Shown here piece after piece: positions 49,917 to 50,088 of a stretch of DNA of 50,088 nucleotides. Every line of letters begins with the position of its first letter. Within the stretch, counting starts at the first letter, position 1. Source of the DNA: Synechococcales cyanobacterium VAR_4_metabat_354. GTDB lineage: Bacteria; Cyanobacteriota; Cyanobacteriia; Cyanobacteriales; Chamaesiphonaceae. Below the pieces are notes generated by a model, which was not told the origin of the DNA, made no database searches, and saw nothing but the letters and a program-made list of their open reading frames with translations. A program made the translations under genes and the position numbers. The stretch covers positions 1 to 50,088 of the forward strand of contig JANOQI010000045.1 in the NCBI GenBank assembly GCA_031414775.1, given 5' to 3'.

Positions 49917-50088
49917 TTAGCTCTCGCTGCGAAGATCGCGGAGCATCGCAACGGAAGTTAGCAAGCCCTGATTGGCTAAAATTGCCAGATGATTCTCGAA
50001 AGTCTGAGGTGGATTCTTCAGGCGAGCTAAAATCATGTCAACAGCTTGCAAGACTTGCTGTGGGTATCGCTCAATGAGATCGCCAACA
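49917..50088 (-). CDS. C-terminal part of a PIN-domain family protein (runs off the window)
   Basis: Open frame VGDLIERYPQQVLQAVDMILARLKNPPQTFENHLAILANQGLLTSVAMLRDLRSES*; RLKNPP is typical of the C-terminus of PIN_3-type proteins. Confidence 0.55.
   Translation of the reverse strand, partial: VGDLIERYPQQVLQAVDMILARLKNPPQTFENHLAILANQGLLTSVAMLRDLRSES

Noticed and set aside
49590..49951. Short ORFs after rppB (49754-49951 minus; also 49883-50077 plus)
   Set aside because: They overlap the better-supported PIN C-terminal frame and have no motifs.

Overview
Cyanobacterial chromosomal window, rich in HIP1-type CGATCG/GCGATCGC sites and carrying ycf4, plsX-fabH and clpB. About 0.1-3.1 kb is decayed mobile DNA: a truncated, frameshifted ExeA-like AAA ATPase, a frameshifted HNH nuclease, a 46-bp copy of the 3' half of tRNA-Phe and small RHH-like/coiled-coil genes. 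About 3.4-24.8 kb is an accessory stress/carbohydrate block (alpha-amylase, DUF1003, DAG-kinase family, a four-gene two-component set, sucrose synthase, FtsH, a CBS-PAS hybrid kinase, two Hsp20, ExoD, USP) that ends at a truncated TPR gene. At 26.6-27.9 kb is a compact RiPP locus: a precursor ending in CPACGMG, a DUF692/MNIO enzyme and a 63-aa coupled partner. It is chryseobasin-like but has no recognisable ChrI. Next come yebC, a TetR-regulated P450-hydrolase-P450 operon whose TetR is fused to an IS1 InsA-like domain, housekeeping genes and the intact tRNA-Phe, which is inverted relative to the 2-kb copy. The right end holds plsX, fabH, clpB, a TA pair flanked by a duplicated clpB 3' end, an RppA/RppB-like two-component pair and a partial PIN-domain gene. 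A 17-bp direct-repeat motif sits exactly 10 bp upstream of a TANNNT -10 box at four separate promoters, which suggests an unannotated regulon. All product calls come from motif recognition by eye; no database searches were run.
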